NCBI GenBank assembly: GCA_035515235.1
Contig: DATJBS010000012.1
Location: 25,336-89,335 of the forward strand
DNA length: 64,000 bases
Source of the DNA: Chitinophagales bacterium
Lineage (GTDB): Bacteria > Bacteroidota > Bacteroidia > Chitinophagales > JADIYW01
Direction of reading: 5' to 3'
The position numbers were made by a program, and so were the translations under genes. The notes under the pieces were generated by a model, which ran no database searches, was not told the origin of the DNA, and saw only the letters and a list, made by a program, of their open reading frames with translations. This document shows positions 63,151 through 64,000 of this stretch, one piece after another. How positions within the stretch are numbered: position 1 is the stretch's first letter; every line of letters begins with the position of its first letter.

Positions 63151-64000
63151 ATGCTAATATCATCTTAGCTCCTATATTGATTCACCTCATTACGGCTGTG
63201 ATATCTTTATTTTTATGGGGAAGAGTTTTACCACAAAAAATATTGAGTCTTATAGGTTCTCTTTTAGTTTTAATTTCGAGTGTTCTCATCTTTTTTTTGA
63301 ATCAAAAATGGGGTTCTATTATCGTTTTTGCAGGAAATTGGAAACCACCCTATGGAATTACTTTTGTAACGGACACATTGAGTACTATCATGCTATTACT
63401 GACAGCAATAGTCGGATTAGCAGTCAGTATATATTCTCATGTTGCCATAAGTACGAGTCGAATTAAATTTGGCTACTACCCTATTTATCACTTTTTGTTG
63501 ATGGGATTATCTGGAGCTTTTTTGACAGGTGATATCTTTAATATGTACGTATGGTTTGAGGTCGTGATTATTTCTTCTTTCGTATTATTGACTTTAGGTG
63601 GCAAAAGAATGCAAATGGAAGGTGCAGTCAAGTACATGGCTATAAACATGTTAGCATCCATTATATTCTTGACGGGCATCGGTATTTTATATGGACTAAC
63701 TGGAAGTTTAAACATTGCAGACATTGGTACTAAGGTAAGAACTATTGAAAATCAAGGTTTAGTTCAAGTCACTTCTTTATTGTTCTTTTTTGGATTTGGT
63801 ATTAAATCAGCAGTTTTCCCTTTATACTTTTGGTTGCCTTCTTCTTATCATACACCACCATCGGCGATAGCGGCCATCTTTGGAGGATTATTGACCAAAA
63901 TGGGGATTTATTCTTTATTGCGAGTCTTCACAGTGATATTTTATCCTGATAATTTCATGCTGAATTTTTTCTGTGCAATTGCTATCATGACCATGATTAC
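63147..64000 (+). CDS. mrpD: Na+/H+ antiporter subunit D (MrpD/MnhD, NuoN/M-like), 5' part; continues beyond the window
   Basis: Not in the track (no stop in window). The ATG at 63147 overlaps the mrpC stop (ATGA). Hand translation: MNANIILAPILIHL...FGIKSAVFPLYFWLPSSYHTPPSAIAAIFGGLLTKMGIY, the proton-pumping subunit signature. Confidence 0.85.
   Translation, partial: MNANIILAPILIHLITAVISLFLWGRVLPQKILSLIGSLLVLISSVLIFFLNQKWGSIIVFAGNWKPPYGITFVTDTLSTIMLLLTAIVGLAVSIYSHVAISTSRIKFGYYPIYHFLLMGLSGAFLTGDIFNMYVWFEVVIISSFVLLTLGGKRMQMEGAVKYMAINMLASIIFLTGIGILYGLTGSLNIADIGTKVRTIENQGLVQVTSLLFFFGFGIKSAVFPLYFWLPSSYHTPPSAIAAIFGGLLTKMGIYSLLRVFTVIFYPDNFMLNFFCAIAIMTMI

Noticed and set aside
63215-63724. ORFs 63215..63466 (+) and 63488..63724 (-).
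   Set aside because: Both overlap the open mrpD reading frame that starts at 63147 and runs to the window end with strong NuoN/MnhD motifs. They are out-of-frame artefacts.

Overview
Low-GC chromosomal segment of Bacteroidota type. Supporting signs are a T9SS C-terminal sorting domain, rpmB-rpmG-DUF4295-ftsY synteny, a BatA-type protein, TAnnTTTG -7 boxes and the typical intergenic hairpin 'boilerplate'.

Most of the window is housekeeping:
- a GT2 / pyrC-like / BatA block, a DAACS symporter, udk and folD;
- a complete sufBCDSE cluster plus a DUF59 protein and a bacilliredoxin;
- an M16 peptidase, queA, rimO, ftsY, ribosomal proteins L28 and L33, and tRNA-Arg(ACG);
- an Omp85 protein, a TrmH methyltransferase, a MATE pump, a flippase and mazG;
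- a classical HK/RR pair, an ispB-like gene, a CDF transporter and mrpABCD.

Two accessory patches stand out.

(1) 17.3-33.6 kb. A 15.8-kb insertion is bracketed by diverged 242-bp direct repeats that duplicate the 3' end and terminator of the M16 peptidase gene. It carries one minus-strand, 11-gene, translationally coupled operon.
- The operon has an Ssp-type DNA phosphorothioation core: a DUF4007/SspB-like protein, a large P-loop ATPase (SspC-like), a PP-loop enzyme (SspD-like) and an IscS-type cysteine desulfurase (SspA-like).
- That core is split by an uncharacterised three-gene cassette: a soluble double-GHKL histidine-kinase-like protein, a REC-like protein with an unknown Trp-rich C-terminal domain, and a 246-aa unknown.
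- It is followed by a PLD-nuclease/SF2-helicase fusion, a 76-aa protein, a DndD/SMC-like coiled-coil ATPase and a 174-aa helical protein.
- No integrase or transposase is visible.
This operon, and especially the kinase/REC/unknown triad inside it, is my best candidate for an undescribed system.

(2) 46.7-51.4 kb. This patch holds a VapBC-like TA pair, a 189-bp x4.3 tandem repeat, a 41-bp x3.4 tandem repeat and a decayed T9SS beta-helix gene.

All functional calls rest on motif recognition by eye. No database or HMM search was run.
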